DNA from: Basidiobolus meristosporus CBS 931.73
Lineage: Eukaryota; Fungi; Basidiobolomycota
Assembly: GCA_002104905.1 (NCBI GenBank)
Contig: MCFE01000120.1
Location: forward strand, 97,999-161,998
Direction: 5' to 3'
Length of the DNA: 64,000 nucleotides
Shown here: piece by piece, positions 62,673 to 64,000 of the stretch
Numbering within the stretch: the stretch's first letter is position 1
Layout of the letters: each line of letters starts with the position of its first letter
Made by a program: the position numbers and the translations under genes
The notes under the pieces: generated by a model
What the model was told of the DNA's origin: nothing
Seen by the model: only the letters and a program-made list of their open reading frames with translations
Databases searched by the model: none

Positions 62673-64000
62673 AAAGTCACCAAGTTGGTGAAATCTTTAT
62701 TTGGGTTAAGAACTAATCTAAGTACAAATAAAGAAGCCAATTAAGAGGTCTAGAACCTCTCTAATAAGTAATGTAATTTATGTTTTGTTTCATCTCTAAT
62801 GTTTGTTTCAATAAAGTAAAGCTCATCAGGGGTAAATATAAAATTCAGGGGTTTTGGGGGAAGTACAAATTGTAGATGTTTCTGATCAATATAATCCAAG
62901 ACTGGAACCCAGCCTGGAATTAGGTGTAGTAGGAAAGGTGTGTGAACTTGTAAGTAGCTCTGCCACATAGATCTTAGATGGTCCTGAGCCAGTAGTCTTG
63001 GTTTCTCAGCTTTTTGAAGTTTTGAAGCAAGCTCTGTTACTACAGCAGAGCCAACCAGGGTGTGCCAGCAAGAAGATTTCAGGGAGGAGTTAGATTGAAG
63101 CCATTGTTTGATGGAGGGGTTATGTGATTTCTGAAGTTTGACTAGGAAGGAAGCACGGAGATAGATCATTCGGATTTGGTATGGGTAGAACCCAAAAACT
63201 CCATTAGTTGCATGGATATAGGGAGATACTGGAAGATAAGGTACCAAGGATCTGATACACTGATGGAGAAATTTATCCAGGCGGTGAAGTTCTCTGGAGG
63301 TTAGGGGTATAATGTGGAGACCAAATTCAAGTACTGGCAGTACATACTGCTTCAGAAGTATAGGGATCTTTTGAATTGGAGTGTCTGGAGTGACTACTAC
63401 CAGAAGCTTTTTGAGAGCCTGTTGGGCAAGATGGATCCTATTATTCAGGTGGAGCTTTGAGTCAATCCCATGTTGACAAAATGGCAGACCTAGATATATT
63501 GCAGTTTGTTGTGGCAGAATGCTAGTGGTCTGTATAGTTGTAGTGCACCCAATTGGGACTGTCTTGGAAATTGAGAGTGAGAGGTTGTTGGCAGCCAAGT
63601 ACTTCTCAATGATGGCAGTGTCTGCTATGGGATTAGGAGTAGCAATCTTGATATCATCCGCATAGAGAGTTAGTAGTGGATAGGGAGAGTCTGGTGAGGG
63701 GCCTTTTGGAAATAAAGGAAAGTTGTGTAGGAATATCACAAATAGTAAGGGACCTAGTACAGATCCTTGGACTACTCCATTTGGAACCTCATAAGTCTCT
63801 GATGTACAACTTGGATGCAAAATTTTGGCTGAGTTCTCACAAAATAGAGAACGTACAAGAAGGGTCATTGGTAGTGTGGTAACTGCTAATAGCTTTCTCC
63901 AAAGCAGAGCTCTGTCCACAGAGTCAAAGGCTTTAGTAATGTCAAACAGAATGGTTGGCAATGAGAATTGAAGTGAATGATCATGGCTTAGCACTACAGC
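62663..64000 (-). mobile_element. LINE copy 3, a second diverged family; RT C-terminal half, continues beyond the window
   Basis: Open ORF 62750-63994 with FDITKAFDSV, GVVQGSVLGP, YADD, YLG; 3' UTR motifs shared with copy 2. Confidence 0.92.

Overview
Eukaryotic, intron-containing fungal DNA. An early-diverging fungus such as Basidiobolus or Mortierella is inferred from gene style, TTAGGG repeats and a bacterial-type NRPS relic. The window has three compartments. (1) 1-27 kb is a CpG-depleted stack of nested transposons: a degenerate CACTA transposase, two full-length but dead Ty1/copia elements with 348-350 bp LTRs, a gag-less Ty3/gypsy element nested in one of them, many solo LTRs of at least three families, and an unidentified repeat. 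(2) 27.7-54.4 kb is a CpG-rich block of eight host genes: RA-PH adaptor, FAH-family hydrolase, DH-PH RhoGEF, a 589-aa membrane protein, a DsbA-like thioredoxin fold protein, TBC1D5-like RabGAP, CaM kinase and a HAD phosphatase, followed by a small Met-rich secreted protein. (3) 54.5-64 kb looks subtelomeric. A truncated NRPS (T-TE) pseudogene ends directly in TTAGGG repeats and is followed by a head-to-tail array of three APE-RT non-LTR retrotransposons, all with 5' ends pointing right, with short TTAGGG tracts at every junction. The full-length copy has ORF1 and ORF2 in the same frame separated by a single UGA in the leaky UGA-CUA context. It has no poly(A) tail, ends in a C-rich 3' terminus fused to telomeric GGG, and shares a 3' stem-loop with a strongly diverged second family. 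This looks like a telomere-targeted or telomere-elongating LINE system. Whether the chromosome really ends to the right cannot be seen in this window. Exon boundaries were placed by eye.
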